Positions 40,227 to 54,789 of a stretch of DNA of 64,000 nt are shown here, piece after piece. This stretch comes from Gordius albopunctatus (taxonomy: Eukaryota): contig OZ193909.1 in assembly GCA_964276515.1 (NCBI GenBank), forward strand, positions 5,084,001 to 5,148,000. Reading direction: 5' to 3'. Numbering within the stretch: position 1 is the first letter of the stretch; each line of letters opens with the position of its first letter. The notes below the pieces were generated by a model that was given only the letters and a program-made list of their open reading frames with translations, was not told the origin of the DNA and searched no databases. A program made the translations under genes and the position numbers.

Positions 40227-43200
40227 ATGAATAAAATTCTAACTTCAGCCTGCCTGGCGTTTGGCATGGTAATCGTTATGATCGGATTACCATCGTTTAA
40301 CGGACAAGGAAGTAAATCATGACTTATTTAAGAATGTCATTAATTTTTAAATTTGTTTATACCTCATCTAGTTTTTATTATAAATTTATTTAAACATAAT
40401 TTATTTATTAGCATTATTTGGCTAGTAATTAAAAGTCCCAATAATTTAGGGGGTGAATGGGTGGCTGTGTATTATTGACATATTAATTATTCAGAGTCCG
40501 CATTTTTGAGAAAAGGTGTCAACGTGAAAATTTACTTTTTTAATCTTCAGAAAACATTTTACTTATACAACTTGTTAAAAAGGGCCCTATTACCCCATTT
40601 CTTGTTATTACCAAGTTCAAACGAAATCTTCCCAATAGAGCACCCTTTGTATTAAACTAAAATGGTTATACATCTTTAAGTGTAGTTTACGTCGATCTTA
40701 CAGGAAAATTGTTAATTTTATAGTTAGGTTTTACATGCATTAAACAGGATCCATCAGATGGTAGGGTTATGCCTAAATGCAATAAAAGTAAGTGACCATT
40801 AAAATATAAGAATTAAGATTAAAACAAATATTTATGTTTTAATTTAATGTTAATTGCCAATCTGTTATTTAAAAAGTTCAGATCAAGCAGCGTTAATAAT
40901 CTAAATTCCACCATTACACAGGGTAATGAAATGACTTTGTTTTATTGGCAAAAACTATGCCTACAATATTTCTTACTCTTCGCAGGTCTAGGTAAAATTT
41001 TAATGGCGACTTAGATCTCTTAACCCACATAACTTTTCTTTTACCCGCGACGTTGCATTACAGCGGGGAGGCTTAGTTTTTATTCTTACCTCATTAAACT
41101 TGAAGAAAAAACTAGAAGCCCTAAGTACCGTTCAGAAAGGCTAGAAGGTTGAGCGGAGGGGTACGGTAGAGGTACCTGCGTTACTGCAAAAATTCTTAGA
41201 ATTAATTCGATCCCCCCCCCCACTCCGCCTATACACCGCTACCCTAAAACTAACTCTTGACATCATTTAAAAATGCGGGAGGTGCCTTCTCGATTTAATA
41301 ATAACTACACCTAGACAATAGGTCTTGGGTAGAAAGTAGTCTGTGCATCTCTACGTGACTTTGCTGGCGCGGGCTGATCCTTAGAATCATTAAGATATTC
41401 GCTTCTTCAGCACCGCGATGTGGTATGGGGTCGTGTACGCAATGACACGGAAATAGACATGGCGCTTGCGGCCTTCCCCCTCCCAAGAAAAGAAAAAAGT
41501 CCTAGCGGCTGTATAAGGGTGTGGGACGAGGTGGATTCAATTAACCTAAATCTTAAACATTCTCCACCATTATTAAAATGACGACGACGTTCTATACAGG
41601 TATATAAACATAGACTGGAGTTTCTTGAATATATAATACCAGTCCCTAGGGTTTCAAACGTCACCAAATATGCGAGTGGGAGAAGACGTGAAGTTAACCT
41701 TTAGGATTACGTCGTTTTAATAGGTGTGGGAAGTGATGGGATAAATTGTGGTGGACTTACTAGTAGGTATCTTCATTTCACCTGATACTACTGGTCAATT
41801 TATGAACGATCAAGTTTAACCGAAGGTTATAAGTCGCAATTCAACTTCAAGCGCCCCATATTCATTTTGTTTAAATGGGGGATTTTCGTTTTTCGTCTAA
41901 TAAAATGCATAGACATTCAATTTTGAACATAAAAATGATGAAATAAACATAGAAAAACTGGGACTTGAGTTAAAATTTTTCCAAATTGGCTATTATCTGC
42001 TTCGGGTGGTGCTGGAACATTTAGATTTTCCCCCAATTAACATAGGAAAGGAGATTATTTGTTTTTTGATCTTTTGATTTGCAAGCTTTATTGTAACCTT
42101 TTTAACATGCTTTTAACAGACAACTCCTGGAATACATTTTAATTTTTAATTAGAGTTTTTTTTATCAATAATACTAGTTGCACAAAACCTTTGCTCAATA
42201 CCAATAGATGACATAATTGATATCTATTAAAGACCCATAATAAATTAGATAGCTGTAATATTATAAACAAATTAACTTTGAGCTTTTAAAACATATATAA
42301 TTCTTATTATCGAAGCATTTAACGATAGCCCATATTTCAACTGTATTACATTATGACCTTTGATAGACTTGTGACCTATATTATTTATGATATGGCTATT
42401 TATGTAACAAGCGGTCACCAGTCACTCACCAGCATTTATAGTTAAAACAACTTTAACATAAAAGGTATAAAAGAACTTTGTTTAACATGGTAGATACGGT
42501 ATGTCTATGTATTACTGTAAGCAAAAGCATTTACATAGCTTCTCTGTATGCTACCAATCGTGCTTTACATAATTTAGTCAATTATTCCAGGGTCATAAAT
42601 CAAGCAACAAGTTGACCTTTCCAAGTTATCTAGTTTCTTAGTAGTTGTAGTGATTTGGATAAGTGGTTGCAACCTGTTCGATAAAGGTTTATAGAGGGCA
42701 AAATGGTATTTTTTGAATTTTGACCCATGTTTTTGTTAAATATATCCAATTTTGGATTTAGCGAGGGAACAGCTAACCCGAAGGGGAGAGGGCGGATTAA
42801 CCCAACTGGAGAGACACTGGCTACACCCATGAGTGTAAATGTTATAAAGAATAAATGTGAATTTATTTAAACATTCCAGTATACACATAAAAATGGTTCA
42901 ACCTTTATTTCATTGAGTATAATAATTGATTAAAAAATATTTGCATTTATAAGCCACACCATGGGTCAGGTTGGTGACATATATCTTCAAAATTTGTACA
43001 TAATTATTTAAATAATCGGATTGAATTTTAATAAAATTAATTTATATAATCTATGATCTGGAATTTTCGCAATTTACTATCTAAATTTGCACCAGTTCGC
43101 TGTAACCCTCAAGCCAACAAGACAGGTTGCGAGTCGTTTCCCAGCGAAATATGTACACGTCAAAACGATGACACTTTCGAGTGCGACTGCAAAGCTACTT

Positions 43201-46200
43201 ATACTAGGGATGTGGCTAACAGAACATTCTTTTGCTTGGGTATATTTCACTTCCTAATATGACACATTTTAAAAATTAAAATTTGTAAATTATTTTAAAT
43301 TAAGAATAAATTATAAATTCTTTTGTTATATTTACACCTGAAGAGATCGCCAAGAGTGTTAAAGTGGCGATTTCATTTCCTAACCTAAAATACACCGATG
43401 CATATAAGGATAAATCCTCTGGGCCTTTTATGGAACTTCAGGCTGAAATTTGGTTCAAGGTTCGAAATAATAAAAACCTAGCAGATATTTACTTTTCATA
43501 CAAATTTTATAGATTAAAATATTTTAGTGCCTAATATGTAATAATTGTTTCCAAATATTTTATTCAGATTTTGACTTACTTGGCACGGGAAAATATTCCT
43601 ATATTGACCATAGATTTGATATCGGCTATGCAATGGCGAGGTGGAACTGGAAGGGCAGGAACTTTGGCCAATCTTAATTTCATGTTTTCGCAGTCATTCA
43701 AGGAATCTCAACTATTAGGTCATCTCAGCTCCTATTTTGATAGGGATGCTAGTGAAAAATTCAGCGGTGGCAAAGTTCTTAGCATTATAGGTAGTATTAT
43801 TTTTTAAACTACATTTAATCCATAATATTATATAATTTATTTTAATTTTTTAAACTGTGAAAATCTTAGTTTATTAAAAACTATAAAATATACAAAATAG
43901 CCGTAATAGAGCAAAACATCAACAAATATACACTAGAGCGAATATAGCCACGGATTATGCAATGTATTTGAATTTAAACGTTTAATAAGGCAAAATGCGG
44001 GCTTAAATATTAGAAGAAAGTCTTGATATTTTTCAATTTTGTCGATATGATTAAGTCTAATTATCGTTTTTGCCATATAAACATAGCGATATTATAATTT
44101 AACAAAAATTAACCTCGTGAAACATTTTTTTTTATAAATTCTGGAAAATGCATTAAATAATTTTTTAATATTTTTCAAAACACCGTGAAAATTTAGGGGA
44201 ACCAAAATCCTGTTTCCGACAGGGAAAAGCTCGTTTGTGTAACGAAGACGAGGTATGTGACATTAAATTGAAAAAGTGTGTATGCCGAGATGGTAAAATA
44301 CACAACACGGCGACCGGCTATTGCGAAGGTAGGATGTTCATATTTAACATTTGTCAATCAATTTTTAAATTCTTAAGACTATTAATGAGATTGTCCGTAC
44401 AAAAAAAGTCAATTTATATTTCAGTCGAAAAATTTTACAAAATATATTTTAAAATCTGATGGGATTTCGTCACTGCCTGTGCTTTCTAAGCGGGATGAAT
44501 CACTTAGTAATATGAAAAGCCTTACACCAAAGGGATATTAGCAATAGGATTATAGATCTTATAATTAACGGAAATTTACCTATAAACATTTTTATGATTA
44601 TTAAAATTTAAAACTTTTCATATATTTAGGAGTGGTAAAAAAGATGAGTTTCATCATTTCGATTCCCAAAAATCCCTTTGACTCAAACTTTATAAGCGCT
44701 GGAGCTGCGGTGTTAGAATCACAAGTAAATCATCGTAAAAATCTTTTGCTTTTATCTATGGTAACAAATCAACTGCATGATTTTAAGTGTGACAATTGTT
44801 TATATTTCCCGCTAATATTTGGCCTACAAAGCAGAAATTATTTTTTTGAGTCGCACCATGCGATTTATTTAATTTATTATTTCGGTAAAAATTCAAATCA
44901 TGTCAAAATCAAACTTGTTTATCTAGAAATTTGTTCTCTTGTCCTTGTATAATCACCCCCATTAATAATGACCCACTTTTAGCCGATATACGAGCAAAAT
45001 ATTTAATTTTTATATTGTATAATCATAATGGACGCCTTTGTATACCTCACGGCTTTCAAAAGGGGAGAGGGTGGGGGCCTAATTTTCTTTTGTAATAAAA
45101 AAAATAACTATTAATTGAAACGGTGAAAAAAAATCTTATAATCAAACTAACTAATTTTTAGCTCCTAGACGTTGTATCAGAGTTCGCCAACGTAATGCAA
45201 ATAAAATTGAAGGCGGTCATTCCAGGAACTGAAGGAATATTGGCTGAAGTTATGATTTATCTTTCCGATGATATTTCAATCCAAGAGATAAGGAATGCCA
45301 TCGAAGCTGGTCTTAGAGAAGCTTCACACATAGACCTTCACGATGCCGTCGTCTTTAATGTCGAAGGTTTAATCACAATATTATTTTTTGCAATATAGAG
45401 GTTTATTTCCCGATAATTATATTAAATTAATGAGCTGGCATCGAGCCATGGGTTGAGATTGTATTGGATTTTACAATATATTGGAAATATTTATAAACAC
45501 AAGAAATTACTTTTTATTATTTACACCTACTTAATTAATGTATTGTGTTTTATAATTAATAGTTTTTAAAAAGTTTTCTGGTCATAATAGACTAATGTTA
45601 AAGTAAGGAAAATAAAGCTTGATATACATAATGTTTTTTTTTATTTAGCATTCATATACGCATAAGACTTTAAATATTTTGCAAAAAATAGTTGTACAGT
45701 TTTTGCGCCTAATATTTGGTATTTATTTTTTAAATGTATTATTTACAAAATCTTTTTTATTTAGATGTCTCACTTAAATGTTCGTTCAATGATTGTCCGG
45801 TTAATTCGGAATGTGTCATAGAAAAAAACCGTAAAAAATGCCAATGCTCGGGTCGGGGTGTAGCTAATTCATATTCTGGACAATGCGAAAGTAATATTAC
45901 CTTTGTTCAATAAATACTCAAATCAACCCCTAAAATCTTAAAAAATATTAATAACTTCTTATATCAGATGGCCTTAAATCTTACACGGCTTTAATCGATC
46001 TCGACGTCCCTTACTTATCTTCATACATGGACCCAGCTTCCAACGACTATTACACCCTAGCTAGATCAATCGAGATGGAGGTTAATAAATTCAATTAATT
46101 TTCTTTAAATTCGATTTTGTAAATTTAAAAAATTGTATGAATCATGTTTATAAATATTTGGAAATTAATATAAAAAATAACTTGTTTAGACATATTCCAT

Positions 46201-49200
46201 GCTGTCTGTGAATGATAGCAGTTACCATGCGGCCAAAGTTGTGATGTTATTGCCGGGGATAAAGGGAACCTTTACTAAGCTTCAGTTATATTCGAAAAAA
46301 ATTTATCAAGCCGCTAATATTCAGAGTTATATGACGAGCGCCATAGATGAAGCCAGACCGTCCTCGCTCCTCAAATTCGCTACCATTGTGGATATAAATG
46401 GTTTTAATATCTTAAATAAAAAATTAGATAATTTTTGATAAAATTAATATTGCTTTAGACAATAGGTACTTTGTTATGGACAATAAAAATTTCTGCATAC
46501 GTTTAACCGTGTTAAAAACACTTCGTATATTTATTATTTTATTAAATTTATTTAGCAAATTAGTCAAATTTTAAATCCAAAATTTACTTGAACTCTCTAC
46601 TTTGTAATAATATTTTAAAATATATTTTATAAATTAATATAAATTACTTGGCATTTAATGAAATTTATTGTGAATTAGATGACAACGATGAAATAACATC
46701 TTGCGAGGTGGGAAGTAATGTTGGTTGTGACATAGCAAAACGGCTAGTTTGTAGTGTGACCTCGAGGGGAATTAATAGATGCCAATGTCCATTAGGATTG
46801 GTCAAAAATTTTGTCACAAAGGAATGTGAAGGTATATAAGTGATAATTTGATTTTTAGATTTATCCTTTAATAATTTTTTAGGTTGCATGTACTTTTATA
46901 ACTTATAAGCAAAAACTATTTTTAAAAACGATAAAATAACAAGGGTTAAAAGAACATTTATCCACTATATCCTTGTATAATATTCTTTATAATTGTATAA
47001 TAATCTAATACATTTAAAAATCTATTTCTTTTATTATAAATGTTATGTTTCTTTATAATTTAATAAGCATGTATTTATTTTGAAATTCAGATAGTTATCT
47101 CAACATACAATTCATAAAAGGTTAACTCTATATTTAAAACAATTTTTTAGTTCCTTATGTCACTTTCCACGCTGAACTGTTACTACAAATTCCATGGTCT
47201 CATGCTTACGAAAGTTCCGAGAGCGAAGAATACAAATTGCTGGCCCAAAAATACGAAATTGGAGTAAGTTTTAAATATATATTTTGATAATAACAAAATT
47301 AATTTAAAATTCAAGAATGTTTTTATAATCTATACCAAACTATTCTGTTCGAAATATTATATTTTAAATTACTTTAATAATGTTAAATAGTTTTTCAAAA
47401 AATTGGTTGAAAAAGAATCCAACATTATCGGAATCAAGTTGCTCTCCATTATGCCATCCGCATTTTTCGATATTGACAACGAATTTTTATCATTCGCTGG
47501 CTTTTCCATTTACTTGAATAAATTTGCCGAATCCGAACCCAAACTACTGTTGAGTATGCTCAAGTTGGCGATTAAGGATATGAATCAAAATTTACTCTTC
47601 AAAAATAGCCAGGTCATGAGTACCCAAGGTATTTTGGCTTACCTTAATTATGAGTTCTTTTCATTTATTTCAATGCAAAAGAGTTTAAAGAATATGTTTG
47701 TTTTACCAGATATTTCAAAACACATAATTTTAAATTTGCTGCTGTTAAATATCATTTTCATAAAACCAAAAATTGGTCGAGTCTATAATGTGCCTTTGGA
47801 AGTTATAATTCTTATATTTTGTTTCAAGGTCCAACCCCAAACTGTGTTCCGGCCTCGCGAGCCGATGTTTGCAGCAATTACGAAACTTGCAATTATGACG
47901 GATTATGCGAATGTAAACCCGGCATGGAAAAGCATGTTTATAGGGGAAAATGCGAAAGTAAATAAAATTTATTGTTTTACGTTTTTTTGACAATAAATTA
48001 TTTAGAGAAATGTTATTTACAAACTCTTATCACTAAATATTATAGATTAACAAGGACTTTTATCGTCAAGTATCATTCCCTCGTGTTTAATTTTGACGAA
48101 TAACGGTTAACGGTTAAATTTATTTTATGAAAAACATTATGAAAACTTTAATGATTGATTCTAGAAGATTTTATAAAAATTCGTCTAAACCTAGGTTTAA
48201 ATGTGTAGGTATTATTCAAAATTAAAAAAAACATTTTATTGGTCTGCAATTGCATGATACCTCTTTTAAATTTTAATATTGCATCAGGCATCTCTTTCAA
48301 TTTTTATTCCGTAATCCGTACATTTGCAGGAGTGTTTACCCAGTATCAAGTGTTGTTAACGTTAGATGTCCCTTACATCAGTTCATTTTCCGTATCCAGA
48401 AGTGCCGATTTCAAAACTCTAACTCGCATCCTAGAAACCGAGGTATATATTTATTTTAAATAAGTACCTCTCTATTTCAATCTAACTAATTAATAGGATT
48501 AATCATATGTTTTTAAAAACTTCGGTAAAATTAAAATAAAAAAATCATCCCAAAATTTAATTGTTTATAAAAAAAAAATTGTGTGTTATAGATGAATGCG
48601 CAGTTGGCGACAAAGTCGGAATCTTTTATAAGCAGTCACATAGAGGCCATAATCCCGTTGGGGATGGAACATTTAATAATTAGCGCAATTTTATCTTACA
48701 AAGATAATGTACCATTTTCCCCTGTGTTGAGGAGCATAGAAATTTCCATCTCAGAATCTCAAAGTCTCAAATTACTCTCTAACTCGGAGATTATACTTTT
48801 GACCGGTAATTTATTTAACTACAAGAATTAAACCTATTTTTAAGCTTTAAAATATGATTTATTTATTTGACTTATTTATATAAATCATAAAATTAAATGT
48901 TTTTCTTTTATAAATTAAGAAATTAAATAAAGTATTAACCATTAAGGTCCACCCGTATACTGCTACGATCCATTGAATAATCTCGGGTGCGAAAATATGG
49001 CGGATTCTGTTTGTACAGCTACCTCAACTTCGTCCGATTTCGGAGAATGTAAATGCCGCTTAGGAACTCACTTGAATCCAATCTCAGAAACTTGCACAAG
49101 TAAAATAGTTTACAATTAAAAGCTGAGATACTTGAGTTGTTGTTTTGGACTCACCCTGGAGTAAATGGATTGACTAAATACCTTTATTTTTAGTTACTAT

Positions 49201-52200
49201 AATTATTTTTTTTTTAAAAATCATTAAAATCTTATGAAAAGCATATAAACTAAGGACTAATGTGAAAAATTTTGAAATTTTTCTATGTCATTTTATTTAA
49301 CAAACCATGATTATATAATGAACGCTAATTCTGAGAAGCTATTAATTTGTGGTTACTTTCTTTTGGTTCGATCAGAATCCAGAAAGTAACGTTTTCAATA
49401 ACTTAAGATTCATTTTAAATCGATGTAACAGTTACAAGTTTTGTAACGATTAAATTGAGACTCAAGGTTACTATGAAAGTTTTAAACCTTTTAAAATAAT
49501 TATTATTGATTTTTTTTCGGAGACGGTAAAAAGCTATGGATGTTAAAATACTACCGTTTTCATTAGGTTTTTATGAAAGCATTTAGATTCACGAATTTGA
49601 ATGGATACTCATAGTTCAAACATTTATTTCGTTAACTAATCGAATTTTGTGAAGTATAAATCTGAACAAATTGAATGAAAAATAGTTAAAAATATACTTA
49701 TAACGATTTATGTTATTAATAATGAAGGTGTTTCCCGAGAAGATTTTACAATTTTTTCTTATATTTTTGGGCTTGTTTTGAATATAAATTGGTATTTTAC
49801 CAAGCCTCATCAAATAATTATAATTATTTTTGGGACAATAAGACAGGTTATAATATAGTATCATTTTAAATGATGTGAATGTTATAATATTTTCCCGGCA
49901 ACTCGTAATTAAATTAAAAAATATTTGAGGCAACTCGTAAACCCAACTAAATCCTTACGCTGACCAATAGGAGAAATTCTTTGAAATCTTAATGAATATT
50001 ATAAAAATATTCCACATTAAATCTTGATATTGTGCTTAAATTCAGAGATCCACAGTTCGATAAGGATCAAGATAGAAGCTCATGGAAGATACGTGGCTCT
50101 GTTCGATAACCCTAAAACTCTGGCTTATCAAACCTTCAAAAAAGCCTTTGACATAACGGTAACACAAAATTTTTGAATTTTTCTTGTTATTTTATGAGAA
50201 TTCAACATGTAAAACAACATAGAAAAGTTATTACACTTCTCACAAACGTATACCTATTTTTTCCAAAATTTACTCTCAATTTATATCCGAATTAATTTTA
50301 AAAAAAACTTAATATTATAATTCCCCCAAAGAAATTTACTAGAAAAAAAAAATTTTAAATGTTTTTTTAAAACTTAAGATGGATTTAAAGACTTAAAAAT
50401 TATTTAATGAATATAGCTATTTGACGCCTTGTATGCTGATCGCGTTGAAACCATTGGGGTAGCCCTGAAGCAATTGCAGGGCGACTACAAAGGCCGTAGC
50501 AACAAATTGATGTACACACTAGAAATTTATTTTAACCAAACGATCAACCAAACCAATTTGATCCAAGTTCTAACGGCCATGATGAAAAGCACTAAATTCC
50601 CCATGTTTAAGGATGGAGCCTTGGTCACCATCAATGGTAACTAAACAATTGATATTACCATGGGCTTAGCCAAGGAGGGGCAGGGAGGGGCGGCTGCCCC
50701 CCTCTAAATCCAAATATTTGTCGACATTTATTATGGCAAAAATTTTGAAAAACTTTCATTTTGCCTCTTCCTAAATCATTATTGCCGCCCTCTAATCCCA
50801 ATGCTGGCTACGCCCATGGGTATTAATTTACAAGACATTTTGTCCCTCAAAACACACAAAAAGTCTATTTTTATAAATGTAAAAATCAACCATATTTCTT
50901 AGTTATATTGAGACTACACAATTGATTCATTAAAAGTTATTACTACTTCTGAAAAATATCTTTACTAAGGCTTAAACTTACTCAAATCAAATAATTAATA
51001 GATCTAACTTAATCTATCGCCCTCCCCAGTTTCCACGCCTAAATTAAATTTTGGTAATGCCTATGCTTAGGTGCAGCTTGCTCTATTTTCAATTTATCCA
51101 TATCTGGCCTATTTCATTTTTAGATGTGGATCGGGATAGTTACATGGCTCAACTTTCTAAGAGCCCGTCCAAGCTCAGCTCCGATAGCATTATAAGACAC
51201 GGTGTCTTGACGACCGACCTCGATAAACCGAGAAAAAAATTGGGTGAAAACTTGGTCGGAGAATTTAAGGAACAAGAAAAATGGCTTGAAACACTGAGTA
51301 GAAGATCCAATGGCACCTCCGACAACCATAAATTGCTTTCTTCCCTCTTGGTCGATCAAAGGGGTGAAGGTTTGTTTTCGGGTGAAAATAATTCCCAACC
51401 CAATACCGTAGCCGCAACGCATACGACCCCGACCCAAGCATGGTCTTGGGCCGATCTAGAAAGAAATATGATGCAAGGCATCGTCGAAACCAATTACAAC
51501 AGTAGCACGTCCATTGAAGAGAGCGAAGCTGAAAAAGCTCCACAACCCTATAACTTAACTACCGAAGGTGCACCCGTAAATGTGAACGAGGTTAAAGTCG
51601 TCGGCACACATGAACAAGTTGTCGCCGATGCAATAGAAATGGACCAACCTCAATCTACGACCCTACACATAGAGGGTGAGGGTATGCAGCAATCACAGGA
51701 GGATATAGAAGTCGATAGGCGTCGCACGGATTGGAAAAAATATTACGGGCCAGCGCCACAATTAATAACTGCCGATCCAGCCTTGACCATCCCCATAGAT
51801 GGTTCAAGCCCATGGGGCAGTGAAACGATCGAATTTAATTTTGGAACTAATCCTAAAAGCACAACCGTTTCAGAATCTTTGGGAGAACCGACGGATAAAA
51901 CCGAATTTAACGTTAAGCCTTACGAAGATTTCCGAGAGGAGCTGCTTGTTGGAGAACTCATTAACACTGCTAATTCCACTGGTCCCACCACTTCTATGCC
52001 ATTCGAGAATACCGAGTCTAGCAGTCGGATGATTACGGAAATTACCGATAAGTCATTTATCAAGGTAACGGATAGTTTTGTCAATATGACTAAATCGTCA
52101 ATAACCACCACCCTCGGTGGTTCTACGGTTTACAATAACGTGAAAATCAATGTGAGTAAAGACATAGGGAACGCCATAGACCAAACACTTAACGCCGACG

Positions 52201-52331
52201 ATATATTAAATCAATTCCCATGGAGCATTAAAGAAATCAGTGGATCAGGATCCATTCCAAAATCATCTATGATAAACGTTTGTTTAGTTATTTCTTGTAT
52301 TTTTCTATATAAACTAGTGAATTTTCTGTAA
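40227..52331 (+). CDS. Secreted/GPI-anchored mucin-like protein with 6x(EGF-like + SEA) modules and a Ser/Thr/Glu-rich stalk (~1367 aa, 20 coding exons)
   Basis: Signal-peptide exon 40227-40311 (MNKILTSACLAFGMVIVMIGLP). Module exons 43096-43239, 43344-43459, 43568-43790, 44197-44328, 44630-44724, 45162-45366, 45765-45890, 45968-46080, 46190-46400, 46679-46831, 47151-47263, 47391-47628, 47829-47957, 48330-48442, 48592-48805, 48947-49099, 50046-50158, 50417-50636. Last exon 51124-52331 ends SGSGSIPKSSMINVCLVISCIFLYKLVNFL*. All joins are GT-AG and in phase. Six 6-Cys exons; SEA-like segments such as LDVPYLSSYMDPASNDYYTLARSIE. Confidence 0.85.
50659..50818. mobile_element. CATGGGCGTAGCC-family MITE (intronic)
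   Basis: TIRs CATGGGCTTAGCCA / TGGCTACGCCCATG; imperfect TSD GATATTAC/GGTATTAA. Confidence 0.85.
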
Positions 52332-52722
52332 ACTGAAACTATTTTTTACGTTCAAATTTATCCAGGATTTTGTATTTATTTAAATCAAAAATCGCGTCGG
52401 CTGTACTATTTTAAAATTTATAAAATCCCGGGTGCTGAATGTGAGGGCCTAGTTTTATTTTTATATACTTACGGAACGTGGTTTTATACGATTCGCAAGT
52501 AGTTGATATACTATGTAAATATATTATTAATTTTCGCGTCTTTTTGAAACACGTTATTATTATATATGCATTTTAACGCGAATAATTTGTAAAAATCATT
52601 GAATAAAATTTTATAAGTTTTTGCCAGAGATCACAATAATGTAAGTCTGACCAAATTAAAATTGCTTTGTTTATGATGATAACTTCAGAGACAATGCGCA
52701 ATTAGTTTTAATACATAAAACA

Positions 52723-53577
52723 CATGGGCGTAGCCAAGAGGGGGGGTCAGGGAGGGGCGGCTGCCCCTTTCTAAATCCACAAATTTGTTAAAATTTATTA
52801 AATTTATGTAAAAATTCAAAAAATGATCATTTTGCCCGTCCCTAAATTATTATTGCCTCCCTCTAATTCCAATGCTGGCTACGCTACGCCCATGGATAAA
52901 CATTTTTGTTGCGCACAAAGAATCTCAAAGTTTTATTTTGGCCGGCTTTTCTCTAAAATCAATACTTGTGCCAAACTTAAACAATGTTTTGATTTGATTT
53001 AATACTTTTTTAAAAATATATTTATTGATTTTTTACAAGGGATAAATATCTTAACAACCGTTAATTTTATTTATTAGATAGATAGTAAAAAATGGTATGT
53101 TTGGTTAGAAGTTTTTTAAAGCTAGTTTATTAATTTTTATGATAAATTTTCAACATAAATATATAAAATTTCTAGTTATAAATATGCATTGGCCTAACCA
53201 AGGGGGGGGCGGCAGGGAGGGGCGACCGCCCCCCTCTAAATCCAAAAATTTGTTGAAATTTATTAAGATTATGGCTGAAATTTGAAAAAATGATCATTTT
53301 GCCCCCCTCTAATTCAAATGCTGGTTACGCCAATATAAATATGAATAATTTATTGTAACATTTTCTTGGTAACTATGTAAATCTAAAAAAATAACGACTC
53401 TTAAAACAATAAAATTATATTTAAATGATAAAATAATTAAATTTGACATTAATTAAATACATGGGCGCAGCCAGAATTGGAAGGGGGGACAATAATGATT
53501 TAGGGAGGGGAAAAATCATTATTTTTTTGAAAATTTAGTCATAATTATACTAAATTTTAGCAAATTTTTGGCCCATG
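52723..53577. mobile_element. Cluster of three CATGGGCGTAGCC-family MITEs (52723-52894, 53187-53335, 53460-53577)
   Basis: Each begins with the family TIR and shares the internal sequence. The middle copy has a perfect TSD TAAATATG. Confidence 0.8.
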
Positions 53578-53943
53578 ATACATGACTTAACATCAACCAG
53601 AACCAATATTTATGTAAAAATAAAAAAAATAATTTATTATCGGTTAAAAACCGTTCTTAAATATGTACATTGCGGAAAATAGATTTGGTAGCCTTGGATC
53701 TATTTTCGTTTGGACTTATTTATGTCAAGTTTTTAATAGTGCCACCTTTATAGCATCAGAAAATAATATTAATTTATTTTTTTGTATTATGCGGTAGAAA
53801 AATGTTATGTAATGAAATTCTCCATTTTGCTTTATGAAGTCAAATTAAGCGCAAGATTTTGATTGATAGACGATGTAAAATATTAAATTTGAACTATTTA
53901 TTTTTTCGAAATTACAAGGCGTTATACATCTGTTTCATATTGA

Positions 53944-54210
53944 CCCTTGAAACTAGGCGCGTATTATCTCCCGGGGGGGGGGAAATTTCCAAAAAATTTA
54001 AAAATTTTTTATTTCAACATCAAAATTAGAAAATCTGGTATAAAACATAAAGAAAGTCATTATAATTAACTTGGTCAGTTACGTTGCACAACTAAAAAAT
54101 AAACTTTAGATCTAAAATAATTTGTTTTCATAAAAAATCAGGGGGGGGGGCTTATTTAAGCCACTGCTTGAAACCAAATAAAAGTATAAAAAAGTGAGAC
54201 CAATCAAGGG
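53944..54210. mobile_element. Possible piggyBac-like MITE
   Basis: TTGA|CCCTTGA ... TCAAGGG|TTAA: short TIR with TTAA-like flanks. Confidence 0.4.
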
Positions 54211-54789
54211 TTAAATTGAGAAGAGAGATAAAAAGTGGACCTTAAAAGTTTGATTAAAAACTTCTCAAAGGTTTTAAATTACAGTTATTTAAAAAAAATG
54301 CTAAAACATTATTCCTACTAAAGCAAATGTTGTGTCATTTTAAATGTAGTTTGATTTACACTATTGATGCAAAAAGTATGCTATTAATGATACTTACAAT
54401 TTTATAGTAACTTTGGCTTAAATATAGCCCTATATCAACCCTTTTAACACTAATTTAGTATGGGGTTTGAGCAAATTATTTCACCATGATTTTAAAAGTA
54501 ATCTTTTTTAATCATATTTATGTAGATTCCAGAAAAAATTTCTAAAGCCCAAATGCTATTAACTAATTTATACAACAATTTATTATATTTTTTCTATAAC
54601 AGTTATGGTTTTCATGTTTGAGCATTTGGATCTTATAGTTTATTTATACTAAAGTTTTTTAATCACAGTAAACATAATAAGCTTAAATAGAAAATGATTG
54701 CTCAAAATTCTTTGAAGTTGTTTGTCAATACTCATCGATTGTACAATACATATATATATATATAAATGCTAGCACAAATACATAAAGTT

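Noticed and set aside
40309..40313. Possible GA donor after the signal-peptide exon
   Set aside because: A canonical phase-1 GT donor at 40312 gives an in-frame join.
41295..41667. GC-richer minus-strand ORFs in the first intron of the EGF-SEA gene
   Set aside because: No recognisable domain or consistent splice structure; probably an old repeat fragment.
47403..47990. 195-aa ORF as a single exon
   Set aside because: It reads through an intron, and its 3' part is the wrong frame of the EGF exon at 47829-47957.
51051..51123. Apparent signal peptide of a stand-alone 426-aa protein
   Set aside because: It is the pyrimidine-rich intron end before the acceptor at 51123. The ORF is the last exon of the EGF-SEA gene.
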